64,000 nucleotides of DNA from Parcubacteria bacterium C7867-008 (lineage in GTDB: Bacteria > Patescibacteriota > Minisyncoccia > Phycocordibacterales > Phycocordibacteraceae), in the NCBI GenBank assembly GCA_001189215.1, contig LFCR01000002.1, positions 74,677 to 138,676 on the forward strand, read 5' to 3'. The notes below the pieces were generated by a model. The model saw nothing but the letters and a program-made list of their open reading frames with translations, was not told the origin of the DNA and made no database searches. The first letter of the stretch is position 1; every line of letters begins with the position of its first letter. The position numbers and the translations under genes are program-made. Shown in pieces: positions 7,630-17,428 of this stretch.

Positions 7630-7896
7630 ATGCTTACGAAACGAGTAAAGACCGCAGTAATCAAGAACGCGGCCCTTCATGATCTAGATACCGGCTCTGC
7701 GTCGGTTCAGGTTGCTATGCTTTCTCGCAAAATAGAGGAGCTAACAACCCACCTTAAGAAGAATCAGAAGGATTTTCATAGTCGTCGTGGTCTTCTTCAA
7801 ATGGTTGCAGACCGTCGCTCACATCTTCGCTACCTAGAGAAGAACAACAAGCGTCAGTACACTTCAATCATCAAGAAGCTCGGTCTCAAGAAGTAA
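7630..7896 (+). CDS. rpsO: 30S ribosomal protein S15
   Basis: GSASVQVAMLSRKIEELTTHLKKNQKDFHSRRGLLQMVADRRSHLRYL matches the S15 signature. Confidence 0.9.
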   Translation: MLTKRVKTAVIKNAALHDLDTGSASVQVAMLSRKIEELTTHLKKNQKDFHSRRGLLQMVADRRSHLRYLEKNNKRQYTSIIKKLGLKK

Positions 7897-7903
7897 GGAC
7901 ACT

Positions 7904-7932
7904 GGCGGGAAATCCCCGCCATTTCCTTTTTC
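7904..7932 (+). terminator. rho-independent terminator after rpsO
   Basis: GGCGGGAAATCCCCGCC hairpin then ATTTCCTTTTTCG. Confidence 0.7.
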
Positions 7933-8025
7933 GTAGCAGTGAAGTGGTAAAATCAATGTAGTAGCGATACGCGCTACCACTTTTTAATAAGAATCTGCGC
8001 GCCCGCGCATCTCTAACAAATTTAT

Positions 8026-8541
8026 ATGGCAGTAATCAAACACCCCGCACAACGGGTAGGAGTATTTATAGATACTCAGAATCTATATCACAGCGCAAAG
8101 CATCTTTATAAATCTCGTGTTAATTTCGCGAATGTTCTTGCAGAAGCAGTGGGGGATCGTATCCTCGTGCGTGCAATTGCATACGTTATAAGCACTGAAA
8201 GCGGTGAAGAGAGTAATTTCTTTGACGCTCTCACAAAGATCGGTATTGAAACGAAGGTTAAAGGTCTTCAAGTGTTCTCAGATGGTGCCAAAAAGGCAGA
8301 CTGGGACGTTGGTCTTGCCATTGATGCAGTTAAACTCGCTCCAAAACTCGACACTATTATCCTTGCAACAGGTGACGGAGACTTTGTTCCCCTCATCGAA
8401 TATCTCGATATGAATATGGGTTGTCAGGTTGAAGTTGTTTCATTTGGAAAATCTTCATCTCAAAAACTTAAGGAAGCGGCACACGCGTTCACCGATATGT
8501 GTGACAATCCAAAGAAGTTTCTCATTGGCGGACGCGGATAA
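8026..8541 (+). CDS. NYN-domain (LabA-like, PIN-like nuclease fold) protein
   Basis: VGVFIDTQNLYHSAK ... ILATGDGDFVPLIEYL pattern of PF01936. Confidence 0.6.
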   Translation: MAVIKHPAQRVGVFIDTQNLYHSAKHLYKSRVNFANVLAEAVGDRILVRAIAYVISTESGEESNFFDALTKIGIETKVKGLQVFSDGAKKADWDVGLAIDAVKLAPKLDTIILATGDGDFVPLIEYLDMNMGCQVEVVSFGKSSSQKLKEAAHAFTDMCDNPKKFLIGGRG

Positions 8542-8607
8542 CATACCCGCATACTCACACGGCGCACGGCTCTTTGGGCCGTGCGCCGTGTACAATGATA
8601 TCTAGCT

Positions 8608-10032
8608 ATGGCTGACGATCCTGCAGCAACACATTCAGATACTTCATCAGACCCCACTCCGTTTATTCGTACCTATGCGAAGGATGTGGCACGCCTTACG
8701 GGTAAGCAACCTGTAGCGGTACATAGAGACACTCCAGAACCTGGTGTGGTATTGCCAACGGTTGATCCAACCCAATCCTTCAACAACGCATCCCCTCGTG
8801 AGTTCCCGCAAGAAGTTATCAGTGTTGGCGCAAGTGACACGGTAGCAAACTTAAATTCAGGAAGCAGTCCTGATCTCTCTAATCGTGAAGTGCGTCGTGA
8901 TGAAATCCTCACGCGCTTGCGTGCGAAGGTAGGAAGGGGAGACGATGAACATGAAATCCATGCTCCAGCACCAACCTATACAACAATTCCGCTTCCGCCA
9001 CCTCCACCTCCTCGAATACCCACTCCGGCGCCTCCGGTTTATATTGCTCCATCAACGCCACCAATTCCTGTACCACCACCTGCACCTCATAAAACACACA
9101 AACAAGCATTCACGTTCTTTGGCCATCACGGAACAAAAGGAGTTGAGAGCGATCCCTCACCATCAAACATTCACACCTTCAAGAGTGATTTCTCTGATCA
9201 CATCGATGATAAGAAGGCCACTACGTTCTCAGTACTAGCTGCGCAGAGCGATAGTAAAGAGAATCTTGCTCATGAACCGAGACCAGCAGTTACATCATCA
9301 AAGAAAAGAAACGTTCAATTTATCCTTGGTGGTATTGCACTGGTTATCTTTACGATAGGCATTGCGGGAGGCACATACTGGTTCGTTGCGCTTCGTACAC
9401 CAAGTACTGGTGTTCCATTTGTTGTTTCATCACTCATCTTTGCGGATGAGAAGGTAGAAATAAACGGTGAGATGGGTGACGAGCTATTGCTTGCGCTTGC
9501 TGCACTAGGACAAGGGCCTTCTGTTAAGGGAAATGTTGTTGTCACTTACGCAGTAACATCAACTGACGGAAAGAGTGGTGTCATAACCGCACCGCAACCA
9601 GGAGGACAGACTATTAAGAAAATGTTCCAGAGTGCTCCAGACATTCTTCTTCGCAACATTAGTGACGAAAGTACTTTCGGTATCGTACAGGCAGGGGAAT
9701 CCAATGCGGCATTCTTTATACTCGATGTGACCTCCTACGAGCGCACCTTCGCTGGCATGCTTGGTTGGGAACCGAAGATCGCTACCGATCTTTCAGTCTT
9801 GTATCCTGCCTACCAAGAAGCACCTATTTCAACCAGTACCCCTCGAGTTACCAGCTCCCCTCGATTTAGTGACTCATCCGTAGCAAACCACGATGTTCGC
9901 ATACTTAAAGACGACTCTGGGAAAACAATCCTTATCTACGGGTACCGCGATAAACAGACACTTATTATCGCTCGTGACGAAGCAGCATTCTCAAGCATAC
10001 TCATCCGTCTAGGCACTGCAGACGGGGAATAA
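8608..10032 (+). CDS. hypothetical single-pass membrane protein with proline-rich cytoplasmic N-terminal region
   Basis: PLPPPPPPRIPTPAPPVYIAPSTPPIPVPPPAP low-complexity tract, then TM helix ILGGIALVIFTIGIAGGTYWFV, then ~230-aa C-terminal domain. Confidence 0.5.
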   Translation: MADDPAATHSDTSSDPTPFIRTYAKDVARLTGKQPVAVHRDTPEPGVVLPTVDPTQSFNNASPREFPQEVISVGASDTVANLNSGSSPDLSNREVRRDEILTRLRAKVGRGDDEHEIHAPAPTYTTIPLPPPPPPRIPTPAPPVYIAPSTPPIPVPPPAPHKTHKQAFTFFGHHGTKGVESDPSPSNIHTFKSDFSDHIDDKKATTFSVLAAQSDSKENLAHEPRPAVTSSKKRNVQFILGGIALVIFTIGIAGGTYWFVALRTPSTGVPFVVSSLIFADEKVEINGEMGDELLLALAALGQGPSVKGNVVVTYAVTSTDGKSGVITAPQPGGQTIKKMFQSAPDILLRNISDESTFGIVQAGESNAAFFILDVTSYERTFAGMLGWEPKIATDLSVLYPAYQEAPISTSTPRVTSSPRFSDSSVANHDVRILKDDSGKTILIYGYRDKQTLIIARDEAAFSSILIRLGTADGE

Positions 10033-10054
10033 ACCCGTGTGCTAGAATGGCGCC

Positions 10055-10411
10055 ATGATTGATACAACCACGTACCGTTCGCGCCTTGAAGAAGAGAAAG
10101 CAAAGCTTGAGAAAGAGCTTCTAAGTGTTGGTAGACGCAATCCTACGAACCCTATGGATTGGGAGCCTGTTCCACAGGAAGTAGGTCAGGAGTCTGATCC
10201 TACAGACCGTGCAGATCTTATAACGCATTTTGAAGACAACACGGCCATTCTTAAGGATCTCGAGATCCGTTATAACCAAGTTGCAGCTGCGATTGATCGC
10301 ATCGACACAAATACGTATGGAGTATGTTCTATTTCAGGTGAAGAGATCGAGGAGGATCGCTTGAATGCAGACCCCGCAGCTACTACCTGTAAGACACATC
10401 TCAATGCCTAA
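10055..10411 (+). CDS. DksA/TraR-family C4-type zinc-finger protein
   Basis: C-terminal YGVCSISGEEIEEDRLNADPAATTCKTH (CxxS...C..C zinc-finger-like) preceded by a coiled-coil region. Confidence 0.55.
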   Translation: MIDTTTYRSRLEEEKAKLEKELLSVGRRNPTNPMDWEPVPQEVGQESDPTDRADLITHFEDNTAILKDLEIRYNQVAAAIDRIDTNTYGVCSISGEEIEEDRLNADPAATTCKTHLNA

Positions 10412-10763
10412 TCCATCTAAGAAATCACGCCTCATTGCACTGATACTGGTGCTCGTAGTTGGTATGTTCGGTGCACACCGATTCTATGTAGGAAAGATTA
10501 AGACTGGTATAGCACAGCTAATCCTCACACTTACATTCTTCGGTGCAGTCATCTCTGGTATTTGGGTATTTATAGACCTCATAATTATTGCCGTTGGATC
10601 CTTTAAGGATGCAGAGGGCCTTGAGGTTAGTGTCTGGGAGCCAGAAACAACAGGCCATAAACCTGATACCACTTCAGAACTCGAAAAGTACGCAGCACTT
10701 CGGGACAAAGGAGTGATAACAGAAGAAGAGTTCCAGGAAAAGAAGAAAACCCTTCTTGGTTAG
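10404..10763 (+). CDS. TM2-domain membrane protein with C-terminal SHOCT domain
   Basis: Start taken at ATG 10404 (overlaps upstream stop by 8 nt) rather than track start 10365; two TM helices with GAHRFY motif; C-terminal LRDKGVITEEEFQEKKKTLL. Confidence 0.55.
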   Translation: MPNPSKKSRLIALILVLVVGMFGAHRFYVGKIKTGIAQLILTLTFFGAVISGIWVFIDLIIIAVGSFKDAEGLEVSVWEPETTGHKPDTTSELEKYAALRDKGVITEEEFQEKKKTLLG

Positions 10764-10775
10764 AGAGAAATAGTA

Positions 10776-10803
10776 AAAGGCCCTCGCAGTGCGAGGGCCT
10801 TTT
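10776..10803. terminator. bidirectional terminator (AAAAGGCCCTCGC-AGT-GCGAGGGCCTTTT)
   Basis: Perfect 9-bp GC stem flanked by A/T runs between convergent genes. Confidence 0.8.
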
Positions 10804-10814
10804 ACTATTGTTTC

Positions 10815-11888
10815 TTACTTAAGTGAACAGTGTGTCATCACCTTACAACCAGAGAAAGGATTCTTTGCGCTACGAACTTCAAAGTGGAGGTGATTACCGG
10901 TTGCCTCACCTGTAGCGCCTACATAGCCGATAAGTTCTCCGGCTGAAACCTTCTCGCCAACAGATGACACATCCTTACTCATGTGTGCGTAGAGAGTTTG
11001 TGAGCCGTTTGCGTGAGAGATAACCACATAACTGCCATATCCACCGTTCCACGCTGCATCAGCCTTAGAAATGATCACGGTGCCTCCAGCTGCTGCATAA
11101 ATAGGAGTTCCTGATGGCGCACCGAGGTCCACACCATTGTTTCCGTGTACTCCCTGGGTAAGAAGTGCTCCTGGAACAGGATTAGTGAAGTATCCAGAGC
11201 CAGCACTTACCGATGTTGTAGCCTTTGCGGTAGTCGTTGTCTTGGTTGTGGTGGTTTTGGTCGTAGTTTTTGCAGGAGCCTTGGTCGCTACAGCACTTAT
11301 TTCACCACCTGGAATAATTATCTGAGAATCTGCCTGGAGGCTTGCATCAGTACCAAGACCATTGAATGTAGCGATTTCTTGCGTATCAGCATTAAATTTC
11401 TTAGCTATCGAAGCAAGTGTCTCACCCTTAGCTACCGTATGCTTTATTCCCGACGTAGGGAGAATAACAAGAGACATACCCGGACGAATGGTGCTCTTAA
11501 TCGTTAGATTGTTGGCCCAAAGGATTGTGTTGGTTGAAACACCAAAGGATTGAGCAATCTTTGAAAGGGAATCACCTTCTTTAACTACATATACGGAAAT
11601 ACTGCCCTTAGGGTCTGCAGCAGTTGCTGAAGAACCACTTGCATCAGGAAGAGTGCCTTCAGGACCACTGCTTGCCATAAGGGCAGAGTCGTTTGAGAGC
11701 GCGAGCTCAACACCACCCTTGGTAGGGTTTGGATCGGTGTTTACCGCAGCCTCAAGGAGTTCGAGGGTAGGGTCATGCAGAATAGGTTGTGACACCTCAT
11801 CAGCGCTTACTTTCCTAAAAGGCCAGAACGCCCCTACTGGGCGTGGAAGGAAATATGCGCCTATTCCAGCGGCAATCAGGACGATCAC
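10815..11888 (-). CDS. LysM-domain M23-family peptidoglycan endopeptidase
   Basis: Two LysM repeats (YVVKEGDSLSKIAQSFGVS, HTVAKGETLASIAKKFNAD) and C-terminal M23 active site GYVGATGEATGNHLHFEV; N-terminal TM anchor. Confidence 0.8.
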   Translation of the reverse strand: MIVLIAAGIGAYFLPRPVGAFWPFRKVSADEVSQPILHDPTLELLEAAVNTDPNPTKGGVELALSNDSALMASSGPEGTLPDASGSSATAADPKGSISVYVVKEGDSLSKIAQSFGVSTNTILWANNLTIKSTIRPGMSLVILPTSGIKHTVAKGETLASIAKKFNADTQEIATFNGLGTDASLQADSQIIIPGGEISAVATKAPAKTTTKTTTTKTTTTAKATTSVSAGSGYFTNPVPGALLTQGVHGNNGVDLGAPSGTPIYAAAGGTVIISKADAAWNGGYGSYVVISHANGSQTLYAHMSKDVSSVGEKVSAGELIGYVGATGEATGNHLHFEVRSAKNPFSGCKVMTHCSLK

Positions 11889-12147
11889 CAGAAGGGATGC
11901 TGCGTATGAGTTCTGACTTGTGCCCGAAGGCTCCTTATCAGAAGAATCAATGAGGAATGAAATACGTGGTGAGGGGAACTTCAGTCAAACTTCAGAATAC
12001 AAAAATGGCTTACCTAGGCCATCTCTTGAGTACATCCATGTCTATCAACCCGGTAAGTATACCGCCCTCGAAGGCTCGGTCAACGGGTTGACAAGGTACC
12101 TGTTGAGAAGGTGAATAAGGCATGAATTGTGACAGAAAGTCAAAATA

Positions 12148-14136
12148 ATGACCTATTATAGGTGGGGAGAGCGTCTTTGCTATAGTGCATTGATGGATCA
12201 CCTGCAGCCTGAGTACGTTTCACATCTAAACCCACGCCAGAAAGAGGCGGTTCTTGCTACCAATGGGCCGGTTTCAGTGCTTGCGGGAGCAGGATCTGGC
12301 AAAACCTCAGTACTCACCACCCGCATATACCATTTAATGCGCCAAGGCGTACCTGCAGATAAGATTCTTGCTGTTACATTCACCAACAAAGCTGCTCGTG
12401 AGATGCGCGAACGCCTCCACGCCAAACTTCCAGACACACCGCTACCGTTTGTAGCCACCTTCCATGGTCTAGGTAGGGAACTGCTTCAAACGTACGGTTC
12501 TGTTATTGGCGTATCCCGTCACTTCACTATTTATGATCGTGATGATTCGAAGAGTGCGATACGAGAAGCACTTAAAGCGCTTGATGTTGATCCTAAAGAG
12601 GTACCGCCTGCTGCAATACTGTCTCGCATATCAAAAGCAAAGAGTGAGGGACAAACACTATCTGCATTTCGTGAGAAACATGGCCGAGAAAGTTTTCGTT
12701 CACGCATAACGGTAGACGTATGGGCACGCTACGATGAAACACTTAAGAAAGAAAAGGCACTCGACTTTGATGATCTCATTGTGCTTCCAGTACATCTGTT
12801 ACGTGATCATCTCGATGTGCGCGCACGCGTGCAGGAACGATTCTCACATTTACATATAGATGAGTATCAAGACACAAATGAGCTGCAAGGAAAACTTGCA
12901 CACTATATTGCGGGTGATCGTAAGAATATATTTGTTGTGGGTGATATCGATCAATCCATTTACACGTGGCGTGGGGCAACGATCGATAATCTTTTAAAGT
13001 TCGAAGAAACCTATCCTGGTGCAAAACATATTGTGCTCGAACATAACTACCGATCCACAGCGACTATCGTTGAAGCATCAAATCAAATCATCGAACGTAA
13101 CAAGAATCGAAAAGATAAACACGCAATCACAAACAACATGAAAGGTGATCGCATTACAATCCACCCTGCAGCCACTGCAGAAGGTGAGGCATTGTGGGTC
13201 GCACGTGAAGCACGTCGATTGATTGAGCGCGGTACAACGCCTGAAGAGATTGCGGTTCTCTATAGAACTAACTTCCAGAGCCGCACACTAGAAGAAGCGT
13301 TCTTGGCATGCTCTGTGCCATATAAGCTTCTAGGTACGCGCTTTTTTGACCGTAAAGAAGTTAAAGACACACTCGCCTGGATACGACTCGCGCTTGATCC
13401 AGATCGCGAATCAGATCGCATGCGTGCAGTGCAGTCACCACCTCGTGGGATAGGCAAAGTAACACTTGGAAAACTTGTGGCAGGGAAGCGTGATGAACTA
13501 CGCGCAGGAGATAAAGCGAAAGTAGACACCTTTGAAGCAGTGGTTGCCTCACTACGTGAACTTGCACAGACCGCACTACCGTCTGTGTTTGTAAAACTTG
13601 TTATTGAAAAGAGTGGCATTGAATCTTCGTTATTAAAGGAAGGTGAGGAAGGACAGGAACGTCTTGAGAACGTAAAAGAACTTGCAACACTAGCGAGTCG
13701 CCATGATGAAATACCGGGTCTCGATGGTATTGCTGCATTCCTTGCAGAAGCCGCACTCGCGGGTGATCAAGATGAGATGGATCGTCCTGAAGGAGAGCGC
13801 AAAGAAAAGAAACCAGGAGTAACACTCATGACCGTGCACGCAGCAAAGGGACTTGAGTTCGATGCAGTGTTTGTTACGGGACTCGAAGAAGGACTCTTCC
13901 CACATGAAGGTATGGGTGGGGAAGAAGAGCGTGACGAGGAAGAAGAACGTCGACTCTTTTATGTTGCAATCACTCGTGCAAAGAAACGACTCTTCCTTAC
14001 GCTCGCTCGCATACGTCGTATCTATGGAACAGACTTCATGTCTGAACCATCACAATTCATTCGTGATATTGATCCTGAACTCACGCACTTCGTTGATGCG
14101 GGTCCGTTCGGTCCAGAGGCTATCATAGAAGCATAA
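12148..14136 (+). CDS. uvrD: UvrD/PcrA-type ATP-dependent DNA helicase (start may be the ATG at 12193)
   Basis: Walker A AGAGSGKT, UvrD motifs TFTNKAAREMRERL, DEYQDTN, VGDIDQSIYTWRGA, and C-terminal FYVAITRAKKRLFLT. Confidence 0.85.
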   Translation: MTYYRWGERLCYSALMDHLQPEYVSHLNPRQKEAVLATNGPVSVLAGAGSGKTSVLTTRIYHLMRQGVPADKILAVTFTNKAAREMRERLHAKLPDTPLPFVATFHGLGRELLQTYGSVIGVSRHFTIYDRDDSKSAIREALKALDVDPKEVPPAAILSRISKAKSEGQTLSAFREKHGRESFRSRITVDVWARYDETLKKEKALDFDDLIVLPVHLLRDHLDVRARVQERFSHLHIDEYQDTNELQGKLAHYIAGDRKNIFVVGDIDQSIYTWRGATIDNLLKFEETYPGAKHIVLEHNYRSTATIVEASNQIIERNKNRKDKHAITNNMKGDRITIHPAATAEGEALWVAREARRLIERGTTPEEIAVLYRTNFQSRTLEEAFLACSVPYKLLGTRFFDRKEVKDTLAWIRLALDPDRESDRMRAVQSPPRGIGKVTLGKLVAGKRDELRAGDKAKVDTFEAVVASLRELAQTALPSVFVKLVIEKSGIESSLLKEGEEGQERLENVKELATLASRHDEIPGLDGIAAFLAEAALAGDQDEMDRPEGERKEKKPGVTLMTVHAAKGLEFDAVFVTGLEEGLFPHEGMGGEEERDEEEERRLFYVAITRAKKRLFLTLARIRRIYGTDFMSEPSQFIRDIDPELTHFVDAGPFGPEAIIEA

Positions 14137-14138
14137 GT

Positions 14139-14924
14139 ATGTTTGCTAAGAAATCACTCGGACAGAACTTTCTCATGCACGCTCAGACGGCGGAGCGTAT
14201 CGTGCAAGCAGCCAAATTACCGGAAGGAGCACTCGTACTCGAAATTGGTCCCGGTACCGGTATGCTTACCCGCGCACTCCTTGCCCAGAATCTAAAAGTC
14301 GTTGCAGTGGAAGCAGACGACACGCTCGCACCTGAGCTTGAAGAGACCTTTGCTCCAGAAATAGCATCGAAGCAATTGAAGATTGTGCATGCGGATATAC
14401 GAAACTTCGATCCAAGCATCATAGAAGGGGAATACCACTTGGTGGCAAACATTCCTTATTACATAACGGGGGAAATCATTCGTTCCTTCCTTACCGCCGG
14501 ACACCAGCCCCGTTCTATGACTCTTTTGGTACAGAAAGAGGTGGCAGAGCGTATTGCACGAAGCAAGAAAGAGAGTCTTCTTTCGCTCTCGGTGAGGGTG
14601 TTTGGCACCCCAGAGTACTGTTTTACCGTGCCCCGGGGCGCATTTCGGCCTGCACCGAACGTTGATTCGGCAGTTTTAGCTATACGAAATATAGATTCTG
14701 AAGCATTTTCAGATAAAAGTAAGGAGAATTACTTCTTTTCCGTTATACGAGCGGGATTTGCACACAAGCGTAAGCGCTTAGCGAAGAATCTTGAGGATGT
14801 GGCATCTGTTGAACAGGTTACGTCCGCATTTGATGCAGCCTCACTGGACAAAAACATTCGTCCGGAAGATCTTTCACTTGAAGATTGGAAGCTACTTACA
14901 CAATCACTTTCAAACAGTTCATAA
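14139..14924 (+). CDS. rsmA: 16S rRNA (adenine1518/1519-N6)-dimethyltransferase
   Basis: FAKKSLGQNFL N-terminus and GPGTGMLT SAM motif. Confidence 0.85.
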   Translation: MFAKKSLGQNFLMHAQTAERIVQAAKLPEGALVLEIGPGTGMLTRALLAQNLKVVAVEADDTLAPELEETFAPEIASKQLKIVHADIRNFDPSIIEGEYHLVANIPYYITGEIIRSFLTAGHQPRSMTLLVQKEVAERIARSKKESLLSLSVRVFGTPEYCFTVPRGAFRPAPNVDSAVLAIRNIDSEAFSDKSKENYFFSVIRAGFAHKRKRLAKNLEDVASVEQVTSAFDAASLDKNIRPEDLSLEDWKLLTQSLSNSS

Positions 14925-14992
14925 CGTATACACACCATATATAGTTGCGCCCTGCTTCACGTGCTGATCATGGTACTATTTATCAAGCAATT

Positions 14993-16006
14993 ATGGCGTT
15001 GTCTGCTCGATCAATCCGCATCATCGCAGCATCAGCACTATCACTAGTGCTTATTGTTGGCGCATACGTTACGTCTGGTCCTATAGATTTTCTTAGGAGT
15101 CGAGTTGCAGACGCGCAGTCTACTGAATCACTCCTTAAGGCATACGCAGCAAAAGATAGTGATGGCGATGCACTTCCAGACTGGCAGGAAGCACTCTACG
15201 GTACTGACCCTAACAATGCGCACTCATTTGATAAGACGCTCACTGATAACGAAGCAGTAAACAAAGGTCTCGTTACCCCAAAGACGTCTGCGGTGGTGCC
15301 AGTTGATCCAGCACTAGATACTCCTGATACTGCTGCTGATGTTCCTGGGAAAGATCCGGCACCAGGCAGTATTACGGACGAGTTTGGAAGACAGTTTTTC
15401 CAAGAATATGTTGCTGCATCTAACGGTGGCCAACTTTCTGAGGAAGATAAGGATGCACTCATTGCAAAACTTCTTGCTCAGTACAGTCAAAAGGCAAGCA
15501 CAGTACTCATTTCAACCTATACCCCCGTATCAGTACGCACATCTTCTGATGTAACAATCACAGAGTATGCGGAGAGTATCGAACAGGTTGTACGTCAGAA
15601 TGATGTACCCCCTGATGCGAGTGATCCGGTAACACTTATGCAAGGATTCTTGGAAGACAGCGATCCTGCTGCATACAAGAAACTTGTTGGCCTTAGTAAG
15701 GCATACTCTGGAATAACAAAAGACCTTCTATCTGTTACCGTGCCTCCGCAACTCGCATCGGAACACCTCGCACTGATTCAGTCTTTTGACACGCTCGCGC
15801 GCTCAACAAAAGCAGTAACAAAATATGAAGATGATCCCCTCGCGGTTCTAGGGTCTCTCTCGCTCCTACAACCAACTGTACATACGCTTATGCTTTCTCT
15901 CCTTACAACTGGTCGTGGAGTTATTGCTGAGAGTGGGGAGCCAAGCGATGGAATGCCAGGTGCACTTATTCTAAAAGTGGTACGTGCCGCAGGAGAACAG
16001 CCATGA
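14993..16006 (+). CDS. hypothetical membrane-anchored exported protein
   Basis: Start moved to ATG 14993 (MALSARSIRIIAASALSLVLIVGAYV signal/anchor); stop overlaps next start (ATGA). Confidence 0.45.
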   Translation: MALSARSIRIIAASALSLVLIVGAYVTSGPIDFLRSRVADAQSTESLLKAYAAKDSDGDALPDWQEALYGTDPNNAHSFDKTLTDNEAVNKGLVTPKTSAVVPVDPALDTPDTAADVPGKDPAPGSITDEFGRQFFQEYVAASNGGQLSEEDKDALIAKLLAQYSQKASTVLISTYTPVSVRTSSDVTITEYAESIEQVVRQNDVPPDASDPVTLMQGFLEDSDPAAYKKLVGLSKAYSGITKDLLSVTVPPQLASEHLALIQSFDTLARSTKAVTKYEDDPLAVLGSLSLLQPTVHTLMLSLLTTGRGVIAESGEPSDGMPGALILKVVRAAGEQP

Positions 16007-17424
16007 GTACAAACCGCCTCCCACGTATAGCGACTGCTGGAATGTGTTTTGCACTTGTCTTAAGTCTTACCTTTGCACCATTCTCATTTAGTACACCGAG
16101 AGCGAGTGCCCAACTTCCTGTTACCGATGCTGCGGTTCTTATTGCACTTACTCCACTTAATGTAAGTGCGGCAACAAGCGCAGAAGGTAACTTCTTTGAT
16201 GCACATATCCGTCCTATTCTTGATGGTCTCGCATGGACTGTAGCAAAAGTAGCAGTTCAATCTCTCACTCGTAGCGTGGTGAACTGGATTAACTCAGGTT
16301 TCCAAGGCTCCCCTGCATTCGTTGGAGACCTTAAGCAGAATCTTCAGGAACTCGGGGATACGGTTGCTGACGACTTTTTTGACTCACTTCAAGATAATAC
16401 GGGTGTAGATGTACGCTCTCCATTCAAAGACCAGGTGACCCAAGCACTTCGTGACAACTACTACCGCACAACGGGTGGATTCTACGGAAGCAACTACGAT
16501 CTAGATCGCTATAGCGATGATCCTGCTGCTTTCGTTAATGGTCACTTTGCGAAGGGTGGTTTTGACGCAATGTTTGCCGCAATGGCACAGGATGAGAACA
16601 CACCACTTGGTGCATACCGCGCAGGACAGGATTCACTTGCGAGAAAGGTTGAAGACTTCCGTGTAAACCGTCTCCACGAACTTACATGGGGCAAAGGATT
16701 CATGTCTTGGCGCGGTAACTGTCTCGTAAAGCAGCCTGCAGGCACTCCTACCTCTCTGCAAAAGAAAGATAGCTGTCTTTCTTATGAGATTAAAACTCCT
16801 GGATCGGTTATTGAAAGCACTCTTGGTATCACCGCATCATCCCCACTTCGTCAGCTTGAACTCGCCGACTCATTCAATGAGATTATCGGTGCACTTGCGG
16901 GTCAGCTTGTTGGACAAATACTTGGTGGTACGGGTCTTTCCGGAGCCTCACAGCCTCGCCCAGGGGGTGGTAGCTCATACTTAGATGAAGCAACTGACCC
17001 TGATCAGTACTCTCAAAACTCAACTAGCCTCGCAAATGGTTTCATTAAGAACGTTAGAGACGAGCAAACACGGACAAAGACCTATCAGAGGGATTGGCAA
17101 ACAGTGCAGTCTGCTGCAGAAGATGCAGGAAGCTGTGTTGACGACAGTGTAGTTCTTGATGCGGTTGAACGATCTAAAGCAGGACTTGAAAAAGCATCTG
17201 CTGCACTATCTGCACTCGACAAGATCAGTGCAAAGATATCGGCCGCTCAGAACTCAACTAACTCCTCAGCAGCACTCACCTCAGTCTCTGCTGAATTCCA
17301 AGAACTTACTTCATCAGGTACGTTTATTACTGCTGGTGAGCAGGTTGAGGCACAGACACAGGCAAGTGATTCAGAGGGTACTCTATACAAGAAACTCACA
17401 GCAACTTGCGGAAGTAAGCGATAA
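16003..17424 (+). CDS. hypothetical secreted protein, first gene of T4SS-like cluster
   Basis: Signal peptide MSTNRLPRIATAGMCFALVLSLTFAPFSFSTPRASA; Ala/Ser-rich C-terminal coiled region; translationally coupled to upstream gene. Confidence 0.45.
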   Translation: MSTNRLPRIATAGMCFALVLSLTFAPFSFSTPRASAQLPVTDAAVLIALTPLNVSAATSAEGNFFDAHIRPILDGLAWTVAKVAVQSLTRSVVNWINSGFQGSPAFVGDLKQNLQELGDTVADDFFDSLQDNTGVDVRSPFKDQVTQALRDNYYRTTGGFYGSNYDLDRYSDDPAAFVNGHFAKGGFDAMFAAMAQDENTPLGAYRAGQDSLARKVEDFRVNRLHELTWGKGFMSWRGNCLVKQPAGTPTSLQKKDSCLSYEIKTPGSVIESTLGITASSPLRQLELADSFNEIIGALAGQLVGQILGGTGLSGASQPRPGGGSSYLDEATDPDQYSQNSTSLANGFIKNVRDEQTRTKTYQRDWQTVQSAAEDAGSCVDDSVVLDAVERSKAGLEKASAALSALDKISAKISAAQNSTNSSAALTSVSAEFQELTSSGTFITAGEQVEAQTQASDSEGTLYKKLTATCGSKR

Positions 17425-17428
17425 CCCT